Shown here: positions 52,799 to 64,000 of the stretch, piece after piece
Position numbering within the stretch: the stretch's first letter is position 1
Layout: each line of letters starts with the position of its first letter
Notes under the pieces: model-generated
Databases searched by the model: none
Told to the model about the DNA's origin: nothing
What the model saw: only the letters and a program-made list of their open reading frames with translations
Assembly: GCA_000320545.1 (NCBI GenBank)
Contig: ADNK01001415.1
Coordinates: forward strand, 1 to 64,000
Direction: 5' to 3'
Source of the DNA: Bigelowiella natans CCMP2755
Taxonomy: Eukaryota > Protista > Cercozoa
Length of the DNA stretch: 64,000 bases
Position numbers and translations under genes: made by a program

Positions 52799-54464
52799 AA
52801 GGGCGGCAGTATTTTTTTATATTACTCTGCTTTTGATTTTTGGCATTTGTCGCAATTATTGCCCTTATGCGTGGGGTGCCTGTTCTGGACCTGTTGATGT
52901 ACATGTGGATGAAAAATGGTGCTCAGGATATGCTGGATCCATATCTGAAGGATTCGCTCGTCACACTGCTTGAAAACAGGCCAGAGGATCCAATTCGGGT
53001 ATTTTTTAAAGAATGGAAAGGGGGGGGGGAGGGGGGAGTGGTCAGAAAAAAAAAAAGCAGAAAAGTGAATGGGAACAAGAGAAGTCTAATTTATTGCTGT
53101 GTCCACAGTTTCTGGCTGAATATTTCCGCAATGCAACAAAGGGCATGAAATCTGTCGCGCGTAGTTACAGATATATCAGACTTACGAAGCACAATAGGTC
53201 GTTTGTAACACAAAGGAGAATATCAGTGCAGACGTTTGAAGAATAAAATTTGATTTGCAAACAGAGACGCGTTTATGGAGAATTTAGCATCGGCATTCAG
53301 AGCGATGGATGCGGAAAGGGGTAATAAAGAATGAAGTCAAAAATCAAATTTCGTTTTCTTTCCTGAACCAAGTCTAAACTCAGGAGTTGGAGCATCAAAG
53401 AAGTCAAGTATCGCTTCCCCTGGAGTAACACAAAGCCAGTTCAAAAAGGTGGCAATATAAGCCCAGATAGATTAAAATCCCTCCACTCAGCATGAACTCA
53501 AATGTATGATTTAATTATCAGTTGGTCGAGATGCTTTGCGATGATTTTCCATTAGACGTGATCGATGGCATCTTTCAAGTACGAACACCCAATTTTTTAG
53601 AAGAAAATTCTATTTTTGCAGTAGTTTCAGTGATTTTGTGCATGATTAGATTATGGGAAAGCGCAAAGATGACCCTATAGATTTCAGAGAGTTCTGCGGA
53701 GGCGTTCTTGCATGGTACTTGCAAGTCCTTACACTATTCACTCCATCTCTCTCTCTCTCTCTTTCTCTCTCTCCCTCTCTTATTTCTCTTCGTCAATTTC
53801 AATACAGTTCTTGCACTGCATGCTATAGTCTCCTTTACAATCGTGGGTATGTGTGGATGATGATTGTTTGGTAGTTTGATATATGAGGAGTTCTTCGAAC
53901 AAGTGGAGTGGTTGTTCAAGTGTGCCGACACATCAGGCTCAGGAACCATTTCTGGTGCAACTCTAATGCAGGTGAAAACAGATCAGTTTCTTAGACCTTC
54001 ATGTTATTTAACTCGTTTGCTGGTGCTTAGGTTATAGATGCAGTAAAACGCAAGCCGAATTCAGCGGTGCAGGTACGGACAGAGACATCTATTATAACTG
54101 TAGAAGTGCAAATCCTCCCAAAGTTTGTCATACCTTCGTTCTCAGATTCCCTCTGATGGCGAGCTTCGGAAATGTTTGCGTGAGGTCGGTGTAGACCAAG
54201 GAAGGCCTTCCGAAAAGCAGCTATGTTTTCAGGAATTCGTCCTTGCAATGTTCAAAGTAAATTTATCACAGTGTACACATGAAAAGTAAAAGAATCTCAG
54301 CGTTTGACACAATTCTATTGGATATTGTTATTCAGATCTGTATTCCTCAAAATTTTAGTGCTGAGATACATAGTACTGACTCAAAAAAGGAAGGGTCCAA
54401 CTCACCAACAGCCTCCCGAGGAAGCTCAGCATCTTCAAGCTGCAAACCAGAGCACAGCACATGA
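52668..54464 (+). CDS. Tubulin polyglutamylase complex subunit 1-like (D/D domain + EF-hand-like), spliced
   Basis: LKDSLVTLLENRPEDPI|FLAEYF, RSYRYIRLTKHNR|DAFMENL, LCDDFP, IDFREFCGGV, YEEFFEQVEWLF. Confidence 0.7.
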
Positions 54465-55647
54465 CTGATGTTATTTTTTTATGCTTCCGATCCGCTATCG
54501 TAGAGGATATTCAAGTTTGTCGGACTCCTAAAGCTACCAATAACAAGCACCGTTGTACATAAACCATCAGAACTTCGTAGCATTAAAAATCTAGACTTGC
54601 GACTTTAAGCAGTATTTAATCATTGAATTACTGGCAATTGGCTCCACGCGGCTACACACAATTGAAACTAAGATTTGTGAAAAATAAAGCTTGTTAAGAC
54701 GGCACTTTGCACGTGGGCTTAGCCAACTCTATAACTCCCAGAATTCGATCACACTTTGGCCCTTGCTTGAGCTCTGCACATTGACTGAGAACTCTGAGCC
54801 GTATGCACAGATCAAGAGATCATCACAGTTTTTATCATTGATGCATCGCATTGCATTGCACAGCTACATGAGGATGACCATTGAACAAATTTAATTGATT
54901 AATCACACCCGTCTTACATCGCATTGCAGTTTTCAGTCATCGATATGTACACATCTTCCAACCATGCAAGGATGCGATGTACGAGGGCAAATGTTGCGAG
55001 TGCTGCCGAGCTTCACATGATGTACATGTGTGGAAACAGCACTAGAGCACACAAATTAGCGGCTGCGAATGAAAGCGTCTTGAGCGCAAGCATCATGTTC
55101 TAAATGCTGACACACTGCTGATGAAGCGAATCAAGCAAACAATGATGTGCATGTGACACACATGATACAAGATTCAGCATGCATTGCATGCGTTGTGCAC
55201 CTGCTACTTTAGCTAGACGCATGCGAGCAATGTCTGCTGCAATGTGCACATCGCATGTCTAGATGTGCACATGCAGCACACATGTGTATTTTTTGTCATC
55301 ATCGACGTCAAATGACATCCGTTGTGTCAGAGCTGTGAGCGAGCTGTAGTTGCTCAATGATGCGTCGGAAATTATTCAAGCATACAACTGCATGAATGGC
55401 AGAAGAATGCACACATCTAGATATCTTCCGTCTACAAATCATCGCAAAATGGAACATTCATGCTCATGACAGCTGAGACAGTTTATGATGTTTAGATATG
55501 ATGTCTGTGCATTTCTAACTTTAATTGTCAAGCTTCCGATCCTTCGTTTGACAATAAGTGTCGCCATAATTATGCCAGTCTCTCACCCAATGTAGGAGAA
55601 AACAGAGCAGCTATAATTCCTTTAACGGGGGAATAGTAAATTTCTAT

Positions 55648-56539
55648 TTAATTCGATGCCTGCCATAACCAAAGCTTTGATGTACTACGAATACATATCA
55701 TCGTCCATATCGTGCCACCTGTATCACCATTATTCATCATGGGTTGAAGCAACCGCGATGGACAGTGAGATTCGAACCTATGACTCCATTTTGATACGTG
55801 AAAATAATCAGATCTCCGAGGAATAGTCGTGCGAATAAGACTAGTAAGGCCTACGTTTTTATCACACTCAGGTGATGAGCAACAAATCTACAGAGCTTCA
55901 AATTTGACATGATACCAAGGGAAGCATCTCGATAACTTTTGCTGTTATCCAGTCCATTTTACAGGAAGCAACTTTCTTTTCTGCATGTAGCAAGATCATC
56001 AGTTGAGGGGAAGCAACAATTGTTTGCTAGTTTCATGTGTACCATACGGTTTAAGTGCCTTTTCAAGTTTCGCTATCCTGATTCATGCAGTGTGAGAAGG
56101 ATTATATTCTACGTGCAGCGCGTTTGCATGGCTGTGTTGATGAATATTGTTTGTTAGATGGATACATACTTGCGCTGAATTTTTGAGTACTTTACAAAGT
56201 CTTGCGCAATGCTAAGAGTCTTTAAGGTCTCACGCAACCGTGCTGAAATTAGCAAAATGTGAGATAGTCAAATCGACTGAATTAAGTCAACTCCATGGTT
56301 TGGGACCTATTTCTTCCTTAATATCCTTCAATCCTTCAAGTGTTTCCTAATTATAAAAATTCATTATCCTGACAATAGAAGAGAGTTGAATTCCTGACTA
56401 CCCGATCTATGAGGACCCAAAGCATTACAGCCTCGGCAGCAGACACGCCTCTTTTTGATGCAACGAGCGCCATTGTCGACAACACCAACACCCAGATCCA
56501 TGCCGACGATTCTCCGGTTGCGGTCTCTATGAAGTTCAT
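55648..56539 (-). CDS. Get1/WRB-like tail-anchored protein insertase subunit, spliced
   Basis: N-terminal TM, coiled coil RLRETLKTLSIAQDFVKYSKIQRK|IAKLEK (cf. Get1 S.QDeFAKyAK..R), two further hydrophobic segments ending IWTMIC. Confidence 0.55.
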
Positions 56540-56711
56540 CGCCTTTGCTCGAATGCAAGCTTGAGCATCACCCGGGCCGGGTGCTCGGAGCTGGGGTTTG
56601 GCCAGGGAAGGCGATCTTGTTTTATTTGAACATATGGTGTCCGTTTTCTATGTGCGACAAGGAAATATGATAGTCGCTGCAAATTCCCTCTGAGTGCGCA
56701 AACCGCCCGCA
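56540..56711. promoter_or_regulatory. Probable bidirectional promoter (Get1-like / PPWD1)
   Basis: 172 bp between divergent start codons. Confidence 0.55.
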
Positions 56712-59046
56712 ATGAAGCGTTCCAGGGACGACGAAGAAGAGGTTCTTTGCTAGCTGATTGCGTGTGTGTGTGACTGCCTCTACACTTCTAGTTCTGAGTT
56801 AGTTTATTTCAGAAGAAAAAGGTGCAGCAGCAGGAGGAGGATGAGGACGATTCCGACGACTTCGGTCCTGCACGGCCAACGGGGGCTCAGGATGATGATG
56901 ACTCCGACGATGAGGACGTGGGCCCTCCGAAGCCACCGACAGAAACCAAGCCAAAGCGTAAGAAAAGGCGTAAGCTGAAATTTGAGAACCTTTACCTCTC
57001 TAAGCTTCCAAGTGCAAAGGTTCCTAACATAAGTAATGAAATATTAAAGAATTTTGGACCGCTGTATTGAATAAAACTAAAAACTGAAACCCGCCAACTT
57101 CTCAGATGTACGAGCACAGCTTCATGCACCGAACGTCTATCTCCCACGTCGTTGTGACTAAGACGCAGTTTATCATCACAGCATCCGTTGACGGATTCTT
57201 GAAGTTTTGGAAGAAGACTCCCGGCGGTCTCGAGTTCGTTAAACAATACAAGGCGCATTTAGAACCAATTGTATCTGTTTCCGTGAGCGTGTGTGGGTTC
57301 TACTGCTGCTCTGCCTCGACAGATAAGACGCTCAAAATCTACGACGTTCTCAACTTTGACATGATAAACTTGGTGAACTTAAAGCAATCCCCAACCAGCA
57401 CTGCTTGGATCCATGAGCAGAAATCTCTGAGAGGGGCTCTGGTAGCGGTCGGTTTCGGTTCGGGTTCAATTGAAGTATTCAGAGCGGACGGTAATATGGA
57501 ACCTGTGCACACATTCAAGCCACACAATGCACCGATCAAGTTCATGCAGTATAACGAAAGCTTTAAGGTTGCAGTCAGTGTAGATGCAAAAGGTGAGCAC
57601 TCCTCTGAAACGACACCCCTCATGTATCACCGATGATAAGCTGCTCCCGCTAATCTTAATCTTAACTTTTCCCATCATCATCATCATCATCATCAACAAC
57701 AACAACAACAACCACAGGTATGATAGAGTATTGGTCGACGGTTGACTACAAGACTCCCCCGAGCAACGTTGATTGGACTTACAAAACCGACACAGACTTA
57801 TACGATCTGCGCAAAAATAAGACTTTGCCAACGTCACTGGCTATGTCTCCGAACGGAAAATACTTCGCAATCACCTCTGACGACCGAAGGATTCGGGTCT
57901 TTAAGTTCGCAACTGGGCGCCTGATTAGAATGTACGATGAAAACCTGGACATGTACAACAAGCAACAGCAGGACGAAGACTCACGGTTCCACTTGGACAA
58001 CATCGACTTTGGTCGGCGGATGGCCATCGAAAGGGAGCTCGATAAGGAGGTTTGTATGAGTTGTTCAAAAATACAGGCACGCATGTTCCTTCATCATTTG
58101 CTTTTCGCTTCCTCTTTAACTCGACGAGTTTCTTCTTAAACAGAGCCAAGACGATGAAAAACGGATTCCTCCTTCAAATGTGGTGTTCGATCAGAGCGGA
58201 AACTTTATCATCTATCCGACGATGTTGGGTATCAAAATGGTAAATCTTGTGACAAACAAGTTGAGCGGAATTCTGGGATTCGTAGAGAACACAGAGAGAT
58301 TTCTTGGACTCTCTCTCTTCCAGGGGATCCCGAAGGGAGAAGGCCTATCGGCAGTTGCTTCTCTCGGCTCCAGTGAAGCTCTATCCGCCGGAAATGCTTT
58401 GGATGCAAAGCGCAATTTGCTCAGTCAAGAGGACCCTTGTGTCTTTTGCACGGCTTATAAAAAAGAAAGGTTCTTCTGGTTCTCACGACGGGAACCACAA
58501 GAAGAAGGCCGAGATATCTTCAATGAGAGACCTATCAAGAAGATGACAGGAGCTGCCGCAAACCAATCAAAGACAATGGGCAACGTCGCTGTCGTTCACA
58601 CAACCATGGGAGATATGACGTTAGTCTTGTTCCCCAAGGAATGCCCGAAAACGTGCGAAAACTTCATCACGCACGCGAAGAATGGGTATTACAATGATAC
58701 CCTCTTCCACCGGGTGATTAAGAACTTCATGGTGCAAGGAGGAGATCCGCTAGGAGATGGAACGGGCGGCGAATCTATATGGGGTGGGGAATTCGAAGAT
58801 GAGTTTCACCGAAATCTTCGCCACGATAGGCCGGGTGTGCTGAGTATGGCAAACGCCGGTCCGAACACAAACGGTTCTCAATTCTTCATCACAACGGTGC
58901 CATGTGGCTGGCTTGATGATAAGCACACGGTATTCGGGAGGCTTTCAAAGGGGATGGAAGTCCTCAAAGCAATTGAGGGCGTTCATACAACTGATGAGAA
59001 ACCCGACGAGGACATCAAAATCATCAATATAGATATCTTGACCTAG
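56712..59046 (+). CDS. PPWD1: Peptidylprolyl isomerase domain and WD repeat-containing protein 1
   Basis: MYEHSFMHR, ITASVDGFLKFWKK, IDFGRRMAIERE, cyclophilin FHRVIKNFMVQGGDPLGDGTGGESIWG...SMANAGPNTNGSQFFIT; 5 exons. Confidence 0.95.
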
Positions 59047-60295
59047 ATTTCCTTTCTCGTTGAAAGAAATCTGCTGCGCTTCAGGGTCTTCGCTTAGCGT
59101 AAATTGCCATTTCATCCAAAATAAAAGTTGCTTCTTCGCAACGGGGCAACCTTGACATACCTTTTCCCTCCACTAAAAAGAGCCACATCAATTAGTCACA
59201 GCATTTTATTTATTACAGATGTGAGTTCAACCAGGCATGTTAACGATGGCCAACATCATACATTCTACATATTTATATGCAGAGCATGTATGTGCGTGGT
59301 TGCACCGAGTGCCCCGATCTAGATAAGTAAAAACCTAGCACCATAAATGCATAACATTAGCAGAGCTAGTATGGCGCGCCCGCGTTATTGATCGAACGCA
59401 AAGCACAGCGCCAACTCCCTGTTTTGCTTGTCTTCGTTGCAAGCCGCAGCATATATGGTGGTGTGTATGCGCCTATAGAAGACGTGTTATAGTCCAGCCA
59501 AAGTGCGCACAGCGCATGATGGTGTCTTCCACGCGCCTGAATGAATATGTGCATACGTGGGAATAATAATGAACGCGAGATGGAGATAGCTGTCGTTTGT
59601 AACCAATAAGCGTAATTTCGGCCTGCTCATGAACGTGAGCAGATCGACGGATGTAATGGAGTAATGGATGCATTGAATTTGTTCAATTGTCATCGACTCA
59701 TGTGTAGCTGAGCAATGCTAGAATGCAGCGACTACAGCGGTAATATTAAATCTGTTGGTCTCCGCTACGATGTGTTGCATGAACGTACTGCCTTGCATTT
59801 CATTGAAATATGTCCAACGGTCGTGTCGCATCTATCTCGCTAGCTAGCTCGACATGGCGCGTGCTGTGTCATGCCATAGCGTGCATGTCACATGTACTAA
59901 CATCACGTAGGCATTTCCAGCTACGCTTGCGCCATTATTTAATTCGTTCCGACTGCTGAGCGATGCCTGCTGCATGTGTTTTTGGCATACGCATGCCATA
60001 AAGTTTGATCGTATTGAGATGTTCTTATCAACGCTACCATTCGGCTGCTGTAACATTTGACCCAAGAAGTGCAGCAAAGCAAATGAATAAATAATAAGGA
60101 TGATTAATACAAATCCTAATGCGCCAGGCAGCCGGCGATCCTTATTATCAACAACGTACTATCAGAATTTGTCACACTTATACTCAGTGCCATATGATCG
60201 ACGATTATTATTATGCACTCGCTCCAGTGGCATTGTGAGTCTTCGATGCATTTTTAGCCGATGGATTCGCCTTTTGACCTGTGAACACCTGTAAC

Positions 60296-61709
60296 CTATC
60301 CATTTCGTTGTTGTTCTCGCTCAACTCCTGAGAAGACATGTTTTTATGATATGGAACCCAATTCAAAGGCTAATTTTGTACCTTCTTTAGTTGTTGAATG
60401 CGGCTCTTCAGCACATTTATTCTTTTCATCGCTACATTCTTCAACACTGTAGGTAATTGCCTGGAACACATTTCGAACATATTCAACTTCAGAATTTGTC
60501 ATAGCTAGCAACATGGGTACATATTAACATGTTTAATTTACATTATTCATTTTCATATATAATATCTTTTACCCCCGTTCCATGTCAGTTTGAAGCTTGT
60601 CAACTGAAAGCTCTTTGGAAGCTGAAGCCTTGCGAGAACCCTACATGATGAGTGAATGTGTCGGTTGTGTTTTCAGAAGGTCAACAAACAGTAACAGTAA
60701 GAACGATCCTTAACAGCACGAGTACCGCCGAATGATAATGTTCGCCTGCCATTCCTGTTGAGTTCTGCAGGTCACTCAGATTCTGTAAATTCTGTAAAAC
60801 AGGCAGCTGTTGAAGGTGAACAAACGCACAAAGAGATTAGTACCTGGCTTGCTTCGTAGGGTAGAGGCAGGGGTGGTTGAGGGGAGAGTTGTGGACAGAG
60901 TCGACGAACTTCATCTGCTTCAATCTCTCCAGATTCACAGTCGACTGGAACTCCACTTGGATGGGTTTTTTCGGGTGAAGGCATTGTTCTTCCGGGATAA
61001 TTCATTATAGAATCAATTGCCTGTTTACGACATTCATTTGAAAGCTTAGCTCAAAGGGGAGCGTAATGGGCACAAGATTCAACGTGACACCTCATCTGAT
61101 CCAACGATAGTCTTTCCGAACGGGTTGACACCATTCATAAGAGCGCTAGGAACACTGAAAAATAGTAATTGCTTTCAATACTGTATCCATCTACCCTTAT
61201 CGATCGTGGAGTGTGTGTAGGAAACTATATAAATTTTCAAGTCGTCAATGCTTCGATTCATTGTATGGTAACCTGAGTGGGAATGGTGGGTATCCCTGGC
61301 TTGATGCATTCATATGATGCGCATGAGCGATACCCTCCGTATCGTCCATTGCCATCGATGATCCGATATCTGTCCCGATTCGAGCAGCTGGAGGATCATC
61401 CATAACAGGGTGCACCATTTGTCCACCCCCCTTTCCTTTTGAGTTATCATTATATTCGACCGCGGTAGTTCTCCTCATACTTCTAAATATCGAAAAAAAA
61501 ACATTGTGTCCCATATGAATTACAGTTATATCGACTTTTGAATGTGAGGGAAGGATCCAGAAAATTGATATTGACCCATCCTGTTTTCCCGCTGAGGTTG
61601 AAGTAGCTTTGAATGACGACCGTGGAACAGGTGCAGTTGCTGCCGAGTGGGCATATACGAATAAAAGGGAACATAGCCCGTAAAACATTGATCTCTTCGC
61701 CACCATCAT
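60296..61709 (-). CDS. Uncharacterised spliced protein with N-terminal signal-peptide-like sequence; 3' end approximate
   Basis: MMVAKRSMFYGLCSLLFVYAHSA start and in-phase exons (VPSALMNGVNPFGK, AIDSIMNYPGRTMP...); no domain recognised. Confidence 0.45.
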
Positions 61710-62100
61710 TGTCCTTCAGAGAACGAGTTGCTTGGTGACGATGATTCAAACTCAAATTCAAATCTTCTAGAAACGAAATAAAAATTCGGGACATCTCATG
61801 ATAATTAAAATATTGGATAAATTATAATTGTCGCACGGTAAAAACAAAAAGAATTTTATATTACACGAAGCTAGGGAGATTTGATGTAGTCTTATCTGAT
61901 ACTGTGTTGACGTAGATGTTTCAATCCCATCCTTTTTTTTGGAGGTGATGAGCAGTTACATCAGCCACCGGAGCTGTCGAGCTGTCTGACATGCAACGAG
62001 ACTTCAGGACTTTGGATTTCAAATGAGATCTTCACTCCTCGATGGCTAAAATGCCATTCTTGATTCCTTCTGGTTTCACTAGTTAGACCTCACTAAAGTT

Positions 62101-62395
62101 AGTTCGAGGCACTGCGTTTCGCACACTACAAACGTCTTGCGACATTTTGGAAGTGTAGTTTGTCATCATTGTTTCATTGTTTCATTGGAAATGCACGTAG
62201 TCGATCTTCAAAGTTTCTTTCTTTTTTTCTTTCATCCTTTCATGAGTGAGTGATGATGGGAGATGCATTGTGATGCGATTTTGCGAATCTTCAATGCGTT
62301 GGCTTTCAACAAATCTAGCAGAAATTTGTTCGAGGTGCTGCGTTTCGCACTTTGCAAACGTCTTGCTACACTTTGGAAATGCAGTTCTTGACATT
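62101..62395 (+). repeat. Two direct copies of the 49.6-50.1 kb dispersed repeat
   Basis: GTTCGAGGCACTGCGTTTCGCAC at 62102 and GTTCGAGGTGCTGCGTTTCGCAC at 62328, both followed by AAACGTCTTGC.ACA.TTTGGAA. Confidence 0.75.
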
Positions 62396-63296
62396 CTTCA
62401 TCACGTTTGTTTGTTTGTTTGTTTGTTTGTTTGTTTCGACATTTGCAAATGCACTCCAGCATCAAGTTCATTGTTCATTGTTCAACTTTTTGCGCTTCAC
62501 AAGCTAGCAAGTAGCCATGCAACCCACACGCTGGCACGCGCAGTGAAAGTCGTTTGGCGATGTGCATGTGGAACGTTGTGTGTGATGCTGTTGCGACTGT
62601 CGAACGACGACATTCATAGCAAAATTGCACGCTGGCTAACATGCATCAACGACTCGAGAACAAATGATGTCGATGCAAATGCATCAAGCCACATTGTGAT
62701 GAAATGCAGAATTTCGATGTGCAGTGCACGCGTGATGAAATGCCACAGCTTCGCTCCACGACCAGTCCATGAGTACGGTTCCAGCTTTGTGCAATTGTAA
62801 TTTTCTGTCTGATTTCTTGTTGGTGGCTTCCAACAAACAGCACTAGATAGAGCAATTGACCTTTTTTCATTTGAAATGCTCGATCCATTGAGCTAGAAGG
62901 AGTTCATCATCGTGCATTCGATTCATTCAATGGGGCGTGCGTGCTGTGCCGCACAGCAAACTTGCAAGCGCAGAGCAACATGCACTAGTGCATGCGGCCG
63001 CGAACCCAACGTCCAAAACCGGAATTCATTGATGCATGACAACAAGCATGTGCGCGCAGGACACATTTGGGCACCAGTTTGTGCGTATTCATGTACATGT
63101 GTGTGTATGTGTATGTACACATGAAATAAATAAAATGCAATTGTTACCGTTCTACAATGAACACTTGATTCTAGAGCTGGCTCATGTACGATGATCCAAC
63201 TATAGTGTATCAGAAGGTAAACATCATGTATGTTCTCGCATTACGAATCTAACATAATTGCTATACCGATTGGCACCTTGCCCTTAACCTGGTCTT

Positions 63297-64000
63297 CTAA
63301 TAAGGTTTTACACGGACATTCCTCTTGGCAGTCTTTATCTTCCGTGTCGATGAACTTCTGACATTGTCAGCGGCTATTGAGTCCTTATCTTCCACCGATT
63401 TACTTGCCTTCACTTCTTCTTGGGGCTTCTTTTCTGAGGAAGTGGATGTATCCTTCGCACTCTTCGACTTGGATTTCCCTTGCATTCGTTTCAATTTTTC
63501 TTCTATCGCGCGAATTTTGTCTGCAGTGCTCATAATACTTGACTCCTTACCTTTTAACGCATTTCTATCTGACATGCTTTTATCGTTGTCATCATCCTGT
63601 GTTAATAATTTCACTGTAATATCGTGTTGATAGTTGAAGATTGTGTTTAAATTTTTCAGTGAGCTCGAATATACTTCACCTGGTGAGCAAATCGCACTGC
63701 TATGCGCCTACCAAGACAGAGTTTCCCATCCATTGCCTTTTGTGCTTTTGCACACGCCTGATAAAGATATTATAGTGACTATAATGGAGATAACAGCGCC
63801 TGCAATAGATGATGATGGTAGTTGTGGTGATACCGAATAAGATGGCGGCTTACCGTTGATTACACAAAAAAAATGACAAGATAAAATTGCCTTCTGTTTG
63901 ACTGGCATCGACAGATGTTCAAGTTTCAAAACTGGATAGAATCCCTGCTGACCTCTTTTGTTCGATATTCGACAAATGCATAGCCCCTGGGGGCACCCCG
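63297..64000 (-). CDS. RBM18: RNA-binding protein 18-like (RRM), 5'-partial
   Basis: RGAPRGYAFVEYRTKE|ACAKAQKAMDGKLCLGRRIAVRFAHQ and C-terminal KIRAIEEKLK ... VKPY*. Confidence 0.75.

Noticed and set aside
7-64000. Hundreds of short ORFs with poly-H/T/E/R/C/V/I tracts in the ORF track
   Set aside because: Translations of intronic microsatellites or antisense frames of real exons.

Overview
Gene-dense, intron-rich eukaryotic (protist-like) nuclear DNA; the organism cannot be fixed from this window. About 16 spliced or intronless protein genes can be reconstructed by hand: an ankyrin/EF-hand/kinase CaaX protein (5'-partial), a 2OG-Fe(II) oxygenase-like protein, a beta-propeller lactonase, an FCP1/NIF-like phosphatase, a PDZ protein, a p47/UBX protein, p24/emp24, a HET/TIR-like protein, an importin-alpha with an N-terminal SAM domain instead of IBB, ATP synthase d, an HSP20-like-tail protein, ISCA1, TPGS1-like, Get1/WRB-like, PPWD1 and RBM18 (partial). 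Genes mostly sit in head-to-head pairs with ~150-500 bp shared promoters. Convergent 3' ends are separated by ~1-3 kb spacers of very unusual composition: TpA is strongly depleted except in CTA/TAG (mostly CTAG), and TGCA/CATG/GCTAGC are abundant. Transposon relics inside these spacers (a hAT element with 8-bp TSD, a MITE, a dispersed repeat) show TA vs TG/CA differences between copies. This suggests a region-targeted, 'reverse-RIP'-like mutational or DNA-modification system, which is the most notable signal in the window. Exon boundaries were read by eye and need RNA-seq confirmation.
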